From an uncultured bacterium (GTDB taxonomy: Bacteria > Joyebacterota > Joyebacteria > Joyebacterales > Joyebacteraceae), in the NCBI GenBank assembly GCA_964562405.1, contig CAZLTC010000003.1, positions 7,036-52,557 on the forward strand: a DNA stretch of 45,522 bases. Reading direction: 5' to 3'. Positions 18,581 through 27,582 of the stretch are shown here, one piece after another. A program made the translations under genes and the position numbers. Under the pieces are notes generated by a model. The model saw only the letters and a program-made list of their open reading frames with translations. It had not been told where the DNA came from and did not search any database. Positions within the stretch are counted from its first letter, which is position 1; each line of letters opens with the position of its first letter.

Positions 18581-19333
18581 TCAGGAACGCCCGCGGTGTT
18601 TGGCCACGACGATGATGTTCTCGCTGGAGTCGGTGTATGAGGAAAGATCGAAGTCGCCGTAGAGGTTGCTGATCTCGAGGCCTGCGTACTCGAACGCTTC
18701 CTCGATCGCCTCGACGGTCACGACGGCGCCGCTGTCGCTCTCCTTGATGGTGACGATCGAGGTCCTGCCTGGGATGTGTTCCTTGAAGAGCAGATCGTAC
18801 GAGACGGTGTCCGTCGCTTCGTCGTAGGTCTGGGCGATGAAGCGTATAACGATGCGGCCCCCGGCAAGCTCCCGCCTCTCGGGACCGAGGACCCTGGTCT
18901 GTCTCAGGGCGGACGGCGACGCGATGTCAAAGGCGAAGACGCCGTCCTCGGCCAGATGCCTGGCCGCGTTGTGGAATATGCCGCGCAGGTCGTCGACCGT
19001 ACCTGCCTGCACCGCTCCCGACGCCGAGTAGACGAACCCGAACTCCTCCTCGAGATCGAACGACAGCATGTCCGCCAGGAGCAGTCTGCAGCGACCGCTG
19101 ACGTCGGCGTACAGCTCGCGGCGCTTGCGCTTTGCCTCGCGCAGCATGGCGATCGAGTTGTCGATCCCCACCACGTCCCTACGCAGGTTCGCGATCTCGA
19201 GGAGCACGCGACCGGTGCCCACGCCCAACTCCAGGACCTTCCCGGTGGTCCGGCCGGCGAGGTCCAGGTAGAACTGCAGGTTGCCCTTCGTGTCGAAGCT
19301 GTCGTAGTACTCCGCCGTGTCATCGTAGCCCAT
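18581..19333 (-). CDS. Class I SAM-dependent methyltransferase
   Basis: AEYYD, VLELGVGTGR motif I, GIDNSIAML, ADM; GGAGGGG RBS. Confidence 0.88.
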   Translation of the reverse strand: MGYDDTAEYYDSFDTKGNLQFYLDLAGRTTGKVLELGVGTGRVLLEIANLRRDVVGIDNSIAMLREAKRKRRELYADVSGRCRLLLADMLSFDLEEEFGFVYSASGAVQAGTVDDLRGIFHNAARHLAEDGVFAFDIASPSALRQTRVLGPERRELAGGRIVIRFIAQTYDEATDTVSYDLLFKEHIPGRTSIVTIKESDSGAVVTVEAIEEAFEYAGLEISNLYGDFDLSSYTDSSENIIVVAKHRGRS

Positions 19334-19508
19334 GTGCTCCCCTCCACGCAGTCCTCTCCAGAATAGCACTTTGCCGAAGGACATTCACCATCTTCGCCAG
19401 TGTGCCGCTCTCGACAGCAACGGTCTGGGATTGTACGCTCTTCGATATCGACTGGCCAACAACATGCTGAGGCGTCCTTCATGAACATAGCACGGAGGTG
19501 AGAAGCAA

Positions 19509-19928
19509 TTGCCTGTGGTGACAGCCACCATCAGCGCGCGCACGCGCGGCGACGGCGATGCGATCGACATCACGATGGACCTGGCCGAGGCAGTCAGGGA
19601 GAGCGGTCTACTGGACGGCGTGGCCACGCTTTTCATCGGCGGTTCCACGGCGGCGATCACCACCATCGAGTATGAGCCTGGCGCCGTGTGCGATCTCCAA
19701 TCCGTCTTCGAGGAGCTAGCTCCCAGGGACCGGGACTGGAAGCACCACCTTCGCTGGGGCGACCACAACGGCCACAGCCACGTCAGGGCTGCCATGCTCG
19801 GACCAAGCCTCTCGGTCCCCTTCGTAGGCCAGGAGCTGTCACTCGGAACGTGGCAGCAGGTGGTGCTGGTGGATTTCGACTGCAGGCCAAGGACACGCGA
19901 GGTCGTCGTACAGATGATCGGAGAGTGA
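19509..19928 (+). CDS. yjbQ: YjbQ/UPF0047 family protein
   Basis: GSTAAITTIEYEPG, NGHSHVRA, LGTWQ motifs; TTG start after GGAGG. Confidence 0.88.
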   Translation: MPVVTATISARTRGDGDAIDITMDLAEAVRESGLLDGVATLFIGGSTAAITTIEYEPGAVCDLQSVFEELAPRDRDWKHHLRWGDHNGHSHVRAAMLGPSLSVPFVGQELSLGTWQQVVLVDFDCRPRTREVVVQMIGE

Positions 19929-19956
19929 CGTCGGGACGGGCGGCACACAAGAGAAC

Positions 19957-19978
19957 GGGCCGCCACATCCGGCGGCCC
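19957..19978 (-). terminator. Probable terminator hairpin between convergent genes
   Basis: GGGCCGCC/GGCGGCCC stem followed on minus strand by GTTCTCTT. Confidence 0.45.
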
Positions 19979-20051
19979 CTCGTCATGCCGTTCATGCCGT
20001 TCCCGGGGCCCACCACGCCGCGCGTGAGCCATGCGGGCAGGCCGAACGCCC

Positions 20052-20645
20052 CTACTTGCGGTAGAGTGCCTTTATGGTGGACCAGGTCTCTATGTCAGTG
20101 TCGGATGGCAGCCTGGGATCGTACCCGGGGGTGCCGTGGTCGCCCGCCCCGAAGGTGTTCTCGGTCTCGGTCTGCCAGCAGGCCCCCGAGTTGTTGTCCC
20201 CACACCAGTCGTAGTACAACGCCACGCCGTTAGGAATGCTCGACCAGCCGTTCGTGCCTGGGGTCCATTCCACCTCGTCGACGAGCTGGGCCAGTTCGTC
20301 ATAGATGACTATCTCGTCATCGGAGTTGCCCAGATAGAAGCCGCTGCACTCGTAGTCGAGGTCCACGCCGCCGTTGAGGGCCGGGTCTGCGTTCTTCCCG
20401 AATACGACGAACCCTCCGGCCGGCACGATGACGTGCTCGGTCACTTCGCAGTCATCGGTGTCGAGGTCGATGATGTGGTACCCGTACATGTCGATCGGCG
20501 CGGGCCCCTCGTTGTAGATCTCGAACCACTCACCGTACGTGTCCGAAACCGCGGACGGGTTCGGCATGATCTCGGTGATGACGAGCTCCGCTCCGGCGGG
20601 GAGAACGCACAGTGCGAGCACTGCGGCGATAACAATCCCCCTCAT
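20052..20645 (-). CDS. Secreted lamin-tail-domain protein with C-terminal TWSTIKALYRK motif
   Basis: Signal peptide; LVITEIMPNP...GEWFEIYN, LGNSDDEI, GTPG motifs; AAGGAGG RBS. Confidence 0.85.
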   Translation of the reverse strand: MRGIVIAAVLALCVLPAGAELVITEIMPNPSAVSDTYGEWFEIYNEGPAPIDMYGYHIIDLDTDDCEVTEHVIVPAGGFVVFGKNADPALNGGVDLDYECSGFYLGNSDDEIVIYDELAQLVDEVEWTPGTNGWSSIPNGVALYYDWCGDNNSGACWQTETENTFGAGDHGTPGYDPRLPSDTDIETWSTIKALYRK

Positions 20646-20764
20646 CCTGCCTCCTTCCCTCGCACGCGCTGGACGAACGGGGAGCGCGCGAGCCCCGCTC
20701 ACTTCCATACATTAGTATACCATGTTCCGGCTTGTCAAGCACGCGCGGGCCTCAGCAGAGGCCA

Positions 20765-20794
20765 TTGCCCCGAACGGGCCCGCCCTGCTATCAT
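20765..20794 (+). promoter_or_regulatory. Sigma70-type promoter for epimerase/nucleoside hydrolase pair
   Basis: TTGCCC-N18-TATCAT with TGn extended -10. Confidence 0.45.
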
Positions 20795-20832
20795 CCGCGT
20801 GTTAGGGCCTTTCCAGCTCAACGGGAGAACCC

Positions 20833-21672
20833 ATGCGAGTCATCGTGACAGGCGGAAGCGGGCTGGTCGGCAGGCGCATAGTGCCGCTCCTTTCCGCAGA
20901 CCACGACGTCCTGAACCTGGATCTCAGGCCCCCCGTGGACGGCTCGTCCTCGGAGTACCTGTCCTGCGACATACTCGACGCGGGCACCGTCCGCAGCGCG
21001 GTGGAAGGGGCCGACGCTATCGTCCACGCGGCCGCCATCCCCGGCCCCAAGTTCGGGATGACCGACGACATCTACCTCACCAACATAGAGGGTACGCGGA
21101 GGGTAGCCGACGCAGCGTTCGCGGCGGGCATCCGCCGCTTCGTCAATATTTCAAGTGAGTCCGTGCTCGGGTTTGCGTTCGGGGCCGGCAGGATCAGGCC
21201 CAAATACTTCCCGATCGACGAGGAGCACGTGCTCGCGGCCATCGACCCCTACGGGCGGAGCAAACTCATGGCCGAGGAGTCGCTGACGGACAAGCGCCCT
21301 CCGGAGGCCGTGGTCGTCAGCTTGAGGCCCTCCTGGGTCTGGGTCGAGGAGGAGTACGCGCAGTGCCGCCGTCTCACCCACGACCCGGGGCAGTGGGTGG
21401 GCGGCCTGTGGTCGTACATTCACGGCGACGACCTGGCGGAGGCGGTGAGGCTCGCCCTGGAGAAGGAACTCCAACCGGGACACTATCCTCTGTACATTAC
21501 GGCCGCCGACAACGGCACCATCTTCCGCACAAGAGAGCTCGCCCAGAAGCACTACCCGCAGACGACCTTCCGCCCCGGCATTGCCAGGTACGGCGGACTC
21601 ATAGCCGGCCGGGAGGCGATGCGGCTGCTCGGATTCTCCCCCAAGCTCACCTGGCGCAGGTTCCTGGAATGA
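20833..21672 (+). CDS. NAD-dependent epimerase/dehydratase (extended SDR)
   Basis: VTGGSGLVG Rossmann motif, HAAA, YGRSK catalytic motif. Confidence 0.9.
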   Translation: MRVIVTGGSGLVGRRIVPLLSADHDVLNLDLRPPVDGSSSEYLSCDILDAGTVRSAVEGADAIVHAAAIPGPKFGMTDDIYLTNIEGTRRVADAAFAAGIRRFVNISSESVLGFAFGAGRIRPKYFPIDEEHVLAAIDPYGRSKLMAEESLTDKRPPEAVVVSLRPSWVWVEEEYAQCRRLTHDPGQWVGGLWSYIHGDDLAEAVRLALEKELQPGHYPLYITAADNGTIFRTRELAQKHYPQTTFRPGIARYGGLIAGREAMRLLGFSPKLTWRRFLE

Positions 21673-22628
21673 CGCCCGCGCGGATCATCATCGACGCCGA
21701 CACGGGTGTGGACGACGCGCTCGCTATCGTGCTCGCCGCCCATTCGCCGGGGCTGTCGGTCGCAGCCATCACGGCGGTCGCCGGCAACGCGGAGGTCGGC
21801 GAGTGTGCAAGGAACGCGCTGCTGCTCGCCGAGTCGCTCTGGCCCAACAGGACTCCGATCGTGTCTGAGGGCGCATCCGCCCCCCTCGACATACCGCTCA
21901 CGACGGCTCCGGAGGTTCACGGGGATGACGGACTTGGCGGATCGAGGGGCTCGCTTCGGCCGCCCCGCATGATCCGCGCGACGGCGCCGGCCCACGAACT
22001 CCTGCTCGAGCTGGCCAACATGGCGCCGGCTGAGCTGGTCCTCGTGGCCACCGGCCCCTTGACGAACCTCGCACTGGTGCACAGGGAGCATCCCGACGCC
22101 CTGGCCTTGTTCCGCCGGATCGTCGTGATGGGAGGCGCGTTCTCCGTCCCCGGCAACACCGGACCGGTCGCCGAGTTCAACTTCTACGTCGACCCGCTGG
22201 CCGCGGACACGGTCCTCGGGCTGGGACTCGACATCACCGTCGTTCCGCTCGATGTCACGACCACCGTAAGCGTAGCGCGCGACGAGCTGGACAAACTGCC
22301 CGCCTGGTCGGAGTCGCTCGACGCGAAACCGGGCACGCTTCCGGCGATCATCGCCAGAGCGCTCGACCACTACATCCGATACCAGTTCTCCGAATCGGGA
22401 TTGAACGCGGGGTACATGCACGACCCGGTGGCACTGTGCGCCGCCCTCGCGCCCGGACTCATCGGCACCCGGGAGATGGCCGTCCGCGTCGTGCTCGACG
22501 GGCCCGACCGCGGCCGCTCTGTCGAGGCCAATGACAGCCGCCCGCCCGTGCGGGTTGCGGTCAACGTTGACGCTACGGCGATGCGGGCGCTCATCCACAG
22601 GCGCGTGCTCGAGCCATTGTTCGGGTAG
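21669..22628 (+). CDS. Inosine/uridine-preferring nucleoside hydrolase
   Basis: DADTGVDDA, HGDDGLG, TGPLTNLA, AEFNFYVDP, MHDP; ATGA overlap with upstream gene. Confidence 0.92.
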   Translation: MTPARIIIDADTGVDDALAIVLAAHSPGLSVAAITAVAGNAEVGECARNALLLAESLWPNRTPIVSEGASAPLDIPLTTAPEVHGDDGLGGSRGSLRPPRMIRATAPAHELLLELANMAPAELVLVATGPLTNLALVHREHPDALALFRRIVVMGGAFSVPGNTGPVAEFNFYVDPLAADTVLGLGLDITVVPLDVTTTVSVARDELDKLPAWSESLDAKPGTLPAIIARALDHYIRYQFSESGLNAGYMHDPVALCAALAPGLIGTREMAVRVVLDGPDRGRSVEANDSRPPVRVAVNVDATAMRALIHRRVLEPLFG

Positions 22629-22704
22629 ACCGAACCCCGATCCTCCTCGCACGTGCTTGTCCGGTTGGGTCCCCCTAGGGCGGCCCGCTTCGCTTGGCAT
22701 CGCT

Positions 22705-22818
22705 GACGACGCGCGTTCATGCGCGTCGTCGCGCTGCACGCACGCCTACGGGGGACACCAACCGGACTCACCGCGCACATAGCCGAGCGGGGGTGGGATC
22801 TCTCCCACCCCCGCTCGG
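22705..22818. terminator. Two hairpins between convergent transcription units
   Basis: 10-bp stem 22705-22730 and perfect 16-bp stem 22783-22818 (GAGA loop on minus strand); no clear U-tract. Confidence 0.5.
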
Positions 22819-22847
22819 AGTCTGCGTTCGTCTGCTGCCGCCCGCGC

Positions 22848-23453
22848 CTACCCCAGCCAGTCCTCCGTCAGGTAGACCTCCCGCCTGCAGGCCGGGCACA
22901 TGATCATGTAGGAGTCTTGGCGGCCGATCGGCTTGTCTTCCGGCCGAGCCGTCGGGTCCTGGGTCGCGCCGAAGCGCTGGTGAAGCGCCACCAGGAGCGT
23001 CGGGTTCGCGACCGCAAGCGAGCCGACCTTCCGCGCGATCCACTCCAGGTGTTCGCGGGTCGTGATCACATCGCCGCAGTGCTCGCAGCGAACGAGTTCT
23101 TTCTCGACCGACGTCACCGCCTGAGCCCTATCGAACACCGCCAGCGCAAAATTGTGCGAGAGCTGGATGCCCTTCTTGGTGGTGCACATCGCCTCGCACT
23201 GGCCGCAGTAGATGCAGTTGTCGAAGTGGTGAATGAGCGTCCGGGTGTCCCCCTCGTCGACCACGTCGATCGTCCTCGCCGGACACACCTCCGCGCACGC
23301 ACCGCAGCCTATGCAGTCCTCCTCGCTGTAGAGCGGCTGGCCGCGGAACGCCTCGGCCGGCTCCAGCGGCGTGAAGGGGAACGTGGTAGTGTACGGTCCC
23401 TTCACGACGGCGGTGAGGGCTTCCTTGAGTTCCCGAAGCTTCGGTTTCTTCAT
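22848..23453 (-). CDS. Hydrogenase 4Fe-4S subunit (NuoI/MbhN/HycF-like)
   Basis: FRG, CIGCGACAEVCP, CIYCGQCEAMC plus extra CEHC...CPAC. Confidence 0.88.
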   Translation of the reverse strand: MKKPKLRELKEALTAVVKGPYTTTFPFTPLEPAEAFRGQPLYSEEDCIGCGACAEVCPARTIDVVDEGDTRTLIHHFDNCIYCGQCEAMCTTKKGIQLSHNFALAVFDRAQAVTSVEKELVRCEHCGDVITTREHLEWIARKVGSLAVANPTLLVALHQRFGATQDPTARPEDKPIGRQDSYMIMCPACRREVYLTEDWLG

Positions 23454-23519
23454 CTCGGATAGTCTCCCCGGGGGATCTCACCCGCGAGCCGAAACGCCCG
23501 CGCGGGCCCTTGGGCCCCG

Positions 23520-23855
23520 CTAGTGCCCCACGTCCTCCCTGTACTTGTCGATAACGCTGCCGCGCCAGAGTGGCACGCCGGATAGGTGCGCGCCTCTCGC
23601 AAGTGCGTGGCTTCCCGTCGGCGAGGTCCACAGCACGAAGACCGCCGCCAGGAGCGCCTTGATGCCCATCGCCGACCAGCCACTATGGACGAGCACGCCG
23701 ACCAGGATGAGGCAGGTCCCCAGCGTCACGCACTTCGTCGCGGCCTGCAGCCTGTTGTAGACGTCGGGAAGACGGATGAGGCCGATGGCCCCGACGATAT
23801 CGAAGAACACGCCTATCGATATGAGGATGTACGGTGCGACTCCGCCGTTACTCAT
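23520..23855 (-). CDS. mrpG: Mrp antiporter subunit G (MbhC-like)
   Basis: GLIRLPDVYNRLQAATK, TSPTGSHALARGA. Confidence 0.9.
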   Translation of the reverse strand: MSNGGVAPYILISIGVFFDIVGAIGLIRLPDVYNRLQAATKCVTLGTCLILVGVLVHSGWSAMGIKALLAAVFVLWTSPTGSHALARGAHLSGVPLWRGSVIDKYREDVGH

Positions 23856-24102
23856 CGAATCCCCTCCCCTCCAGGTACTTCGCAAGAGCCAGCGTACCGA
23901 TGAAGGACAGGAGCGCCCATGCGATCGCCACGTTCAGGTAGTAGTCCTTGCCGGTGATGAGCCCGAACACCCCGCAGATCCCAACCACCATCACGCCGAT
24001 AGTGTCGATCGCCACTGCCCTGTCGGGAGCCGTCGGCCCCCTGGCCACCCGAAAGAGGCAGATGAATGTCCCGATGATCAGGAGCATAAGGAACGTCTGC
24101 AT
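23848..24102 (-). CDS. mrpF: Mrp antiporter subunit F (MbhB-like)
   Basis: GPTAPDRAVAID, LLSFIGTLALAKYL. Confidence 0.9.
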   Translation of the reverse strand: MQTFLMLLIIGTFICLFRVARGPTAPDRAVAIDTIGVMVVGICGVFGLITGKDYYLNVAIAWALLSFIGTLALAKYLEGRGFDE

Positions 24103-24605
24103 CAGTCGAAAACCCTCCTCAAGGTGACCTCGAAACGCCCGGCGATGTCCCGGGTCATTGCCTCCGTGTCCTCGAGATTCTCGTGAACGTTGATCCAGTG
24201 CACGTACAGCCAGTCGTCGATGATGTCGACCGTGAGCGTGCCGGGCGTCAGTGTGATCGAGTTCGCCAGGAACGTCTTGGCCTCATCGGTCTTGAGCGTC
24301 GTCTTGATCTTCACGATGCCGGGCCTGATCGGCATGTTCGGGTGGACCACCCGGTAGAGCACGTCGAAGTTAGCAAGGATGATCCAGAACGAAAGCGAGA
24401 TCATGTGCATGAGCGCCCAGAACCACCGCACCGGACTGAAGAGCCTCTCCACACGCCTGGGAAGCAGTCCCGAGAGCAGGAATGCGAACAGGACCGCGAT
24501 GACTGCCCCGACGATGACTCCCTGCACGTCGAGCGACCACGTGAGGAGCATCCACAGGGCGAAGATGATGATGAGATCGAGAAGTCTTCTTTTCAATCGT
24601 TCCAT
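24102..24605 (-). CDS. mrpE: Mrp antiporter subunit E (MbhA-like)
   Basis: PIRPGIV, LANSITLTPGTLTVD, LYVHWI. Confidence 0.92.
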   Translation of the reverse strand: MERLKRRLLDLIIIFALWMLLTWSLDVQGVIVGAVIAVLFAFLLSGLLPRRVERLFSPVRWFWALMHMISLSFWIILANFDVLYRVVHPNMPIRPGIVKIKTTLKTDEAKTFLANSITLTPGTLTVDIIDDWLYVHWINVHENLEDTEAMTRDIAGRFEVTLRRVFD

Positions 24606-24621
24606 CGGACTCTCCACCCCC

Positions 24622-26166
24622 CTAGCCGAGGACCAGCTTCACGTACTCAGCGCTGTTCAGAAGTGCATCCCTGGCCGGGCCGAGCATGCGCTCCCCGACC
24701 GCGGGCTGTGTGACGGCGAGTATTCCCAGGCCGACACAGACGATCGCAAGCAGGATCAGAGGAACGTACATCGCCGCGGGGACCTCGTGGGCCTTCTCGA
24801 CGCTCTTGCCGACGTCCCCGAAGATGATGTGCCTCTGCACCTTCACGTAGTACACCAGAGTCACGAACGCCATCGCGATGGCCACCCCGCCGATCGCGAA
24901 GTGCCCCGACTTGACGACCGCGACGATGATGATCAGCTTGCTCCAGAACCCGCTGAACGGTGGCACGCCGGCTATCGACAGCGCGGCCAGATTGGTCGTG
25001 GCGGCCGTTATCGGCATGCGCTCGCGCAGCCCGCCCAGGAGCTTCAGATCCCTCGTCCCGGTCGCGTACTGTATGGCGCCGGACGAGAGGAAGAGGAGCG
25101 ATTTGAACGACGCGTGGTTGATGAGATGGAAGAGCCCGCCGAAGATCGCCAGCGCCGCCAGTGAGCGTGACCCGCCCATCGCGAGGATCTTGGCTCCGAT
25201 GCCGAGCCCGAGCGTGACATAGCCTATCTGTCCGATCGAGCTGTACGCCAGGAGCCTCTTGAAGTCCCACTGCCCGACCGCCATGAGCCCGCCGAGCACT
25301 ATCGACATCACCGAGAAAGCGATCATCGCGTTGGCGATGATGAGCGAGCCCGGCTGCGTCGGGGCGAACCCGAACACGTTGAAGAACACGCGGCACATGG
25401 CGTAGACGCCGAGGCTCTTGATGACCACGCCCGACAGCATCGCCGATATCGGCGCCGGCGCCGACGGGTGCGCGTCCGGCAGCCACGCGTGGAACGGGAC
25501 GACCGCGGCCTTCAGCGCAAATCCCATCAGGAAGAGCGCGGACGCCAGCAGAAGCGCGGGATTCATCCCCGGTCCCGCCCACTTCGTGCTGATCTCCCTG
25601 GCGACGTCCGCCATGTTCAGCGACCCGGTGACCGCGTAGACGGTCCCGATCGCGAAGAGGATCATCACCGAAGCGACGCTCCCCAGGATCAGATACTTGA
25701 AGCCGGCCTCCAGCTCGTCTGCCTCGACTCCGAACGCGACCAGCGCGTACGAGGCGATCGACGCGACCTCCAGGAAGACGAAGAGGTTGAAGAGGTCGCC
25801 CGATATGACCACGCCGTTCATCCCCGCCACCATGAGCATGAAAAGCCCGTAGTACTTGTCGAGCCCCGTGTACTCCTTCATGTACTTGAGGGAGAAGATG
25901 ATGCACAGGAAGGCGATGACGTTGATGGCCACCAGAAGAAGGATGGAGAGCCCGTCCGCCACGACCGCAATGCCGATCGGCGCCACCCACTTCCCCATGT
26001 AGAGCACCGTCGCCGGCCCGCCTATCGCCATCAGCGCCATCACAGCCAGCACGGCCGTACTCGCGGTAGCCAGGACCTCACCGCTCTTCTTCCACCACAA
26101 TGCGAGCATCGGGATGAGAAACGCGGCCGCGAGCGGGATCGCTACATACAGCGGGATAAGGTTCAT
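24622..26166 (-). CDS. mrpD: Mrp subunit D / MbhH-like antiporter subunit
   Basis: GDLFNLFVFLEV, KAAVVPFHAWLPDAHPSAP, KRLLAYSS, GVPPFSGFWSK. Confidence 0.9.
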   Translation of the reverse strand: MNLIPLYVAIPLAAAFLIPMLALWWKKSGEVLATASTAVLAVMALMAIGGPATVLYMGKWVAPIGIAVVADGLSILLLVAINVIAFLCIIFSLKYMKEYTGLDKYYGLFMLMVAGMNGVVISGDLFNLFVFLEVASIASYALVAFGVEADELEAGFKYLILGSVASVMILFAIGTVYAVTGSLNMADVAREISTKWAGPGMNPALLLASALFLMGFALKAAVVPFHAWLPDAHPSAPAPISAMLSGVVIKSLGVYAMCRVFFNVFGFAPTQPGSLIIANAMIAFSVMSIVLGGLMAVGQWDFKRLLAYSSIGQIGYVTLGLGIGAKILAMGGSRSLAALAIFGGLFHLINHASFKSLLFLSSGAIQYATGTRDLKLLGGLRERMPITAATTNLAALSIAGVPPFSGFWSKLIIIVAVVKSGHFAIGGVAIAMAFVTLVYYVKVQRHIIFGDVGKSVEKAHEVPAAMYVPLILLAIVCVGLGILAVTQPAVGERMLGPARDALLNSAEYVKLVLG

Positions 26167-26169
26167 CGG

Positions 26170-26517
26170 CTATCCCCTCAGCTTGCTGATCTGTGACATG
26201 TCAAAGGTTCCGTGCTTCTCGTAGAGCCTGATGCACATGGACACCATTAGAGCGAGCACCCCCAGCCCGATGACGATGGACGTCAGCACGAGCGCCTGCG
26301 GAAGAGGATCGACGAACCGCGCCAGCATGCTGTCCGTTGTCCCCTTGTCGACGATCGGAGCCACCCCGTTGTGCTTGTACCCGATGATGATGAGGTAGAG
26401 GTTAACGGCGTAATCCATGATCACCACGCCGATGACCTTCTTGACGATGTTCTTCTTCGCCACGAGGCAATACAACCCCATCGTGAGCAGAACCACGCAC
26501 AGAAAGTAGACCGTCAT
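26170..26517 (-). CDS. mrpC: Mrp subunit C (MbhG-like)
   Basis: KNIVKKVIG, DPLPQALVLTSIVIG. Confidence 0.92.
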   Translation of the reverse strand: MTVYFLCVVLLTMGLYCLVAKKNIVKKVIGVVIMDYAVNLYLIIIGYKHNGVAPIVDKGTTDSMLARFVDPLPQALVLTSIVIGLGVLALMVSMCIRLYEKHGTFDMSQISKLRG

Positions 26518-26969
26518 GATAGCTCATCCTCGATCATGGACCTGAAGGAACGCCTGCGGAAGATGGCGAGCGCCGAGAAGACAAGGAAGAGCGACGTGCC
26601 GACCTTGAACGCGATGGCGATATTGATCGGGAGGATCATGCCGGCGCTCATGAGCCGGAACTGCTCTCCCCTCCCGAAGATGTTCATGAAGAAGTACCCG
26701 CCCGTGACACCCAGCCACCCGATGGTAAGGAACGCGAGCGCGCCCGCGGAGTCGAGCACGTGCGCCGTTCTCTCGCCGAGGCGGGAGAATGCGACCTCTT
26801 TGCCCTGAGCGAGCAGAAGGAGGATGAACGCGCAGGCGATGATGACGCCCCCGGCGAAGCCGCCGCCCGGTGTCAGGTGGCCGTACAGAACGATGTACGC
26901 GCCGAAGATGACGATGAAGGCGACGACGAAGTCGGTGATGGTCTTGACTATCAGCGTGAGTCCCTTCAT
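26514..26969 (-). CDS. mrpB: Mrp subunit B (MbhF-like)
   Basis: YGHLTPGGGFAGG motif. Confidence 0.9.
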   Translation of the reverse strand: MKGLTLIVKTITDFVVAFIVIFGAYIVLYGHLTPGGGFAGGVIIACAFILLLLAQGKEVAFSRLGERTAHVLDSAGALAFLTIGWLGVTGGYFFMNIFGRGEQFRLMSAGMILPINIAIAFKVGTSLFLVFSALAIFRRRSFRSMIEDELS

Positions 26970-27523
26970 GCCGTCGCCACCTCCCTCTTCGCTCTCTTCC
27001 CGTCCTTGCGGAGCAGAGCGAGCGCTCCAAGGATGGACCCGAACAGGACCGTCGCCTCCCCGAGCGTGTCGTATGCCCTGTAGTCGAGGATCACCGACGT
27101 CACGATGTTGGCGGCATGCGTCTCCGGGAGACCCCTCATCACGTACACCCTCGACACCCTCATGATCGGCTCTCCGAACTGCGGGAAGCCCTTGCTCCCG
27201 AAGATCATCGCGCCGAACCCCAGGATCAGTCCGAAGAAGATCAGTGAGACGATGACCGCCAGCGTGTCACGGTGCAGGTCGACGGCAGTGTTGTCGAGGA
27301 GAATGGTTCCCCTAATGAGGATGACGAGAACCAGAATCTCCACGACGAGCTGTGTGATCGCAATGTCGGGCGCCCCGAGGAACAGGAACGCAACCGACAG
27401 GGCGAACCCGACGGCGCTCACCGAGATCACGGCCGAAAGGAGGTTCCTGGTCTCAATGGCGACGATGGAGCCGATCACCATGAAGATCAGGAGCATGTAA
27501 AGCTGAGGAGTGATGTTTTCCAT
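26966..27523 (-). CDS. MbhD/MbhE-like fused subunit (MrpA C-terminal equivalent)
   Basis: LGAPDIAITQ and NIVTSVILDYRAYDTLGE motifs. Confidence 0.85.
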   Translation of the reverse strand: MENITPQLYMLLIFMVIGSIVAIETRNLLSAVISVSAVGFALSVAFLFLGAPDIAITQLVVEILVLVILIRGTILLDNTAVDLHRDTLAVIVSLIFFGLILGFGAMIFGSKGFPQFGEPIMRVSRVYVMRGLPETHAANIVTSVILDYRAYDTLGEATVLFGSILGALALLRKDGKRAKREVATA

Positions 27524-27582
27524 CTAGCGTCTCCCGCCTCTCGCCCATCCATGGAAGTACCACGTCAAAGAAACGTCTTCTG

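Noticed and set aside
19408-19435. Possible third copy of the ECF-like motif upstream of yjbQ
   Set aside because: Only TTGTA and the GC spacing match; the GAACC block is missing.
20714-20738. TTGACA...TATACT on the minus strand upstream of the lamin-tail gene
   Set aside because: Spacer is only 13 nt; an extended -10 promoter is possible but the -35/-10 pairing is not supportable.
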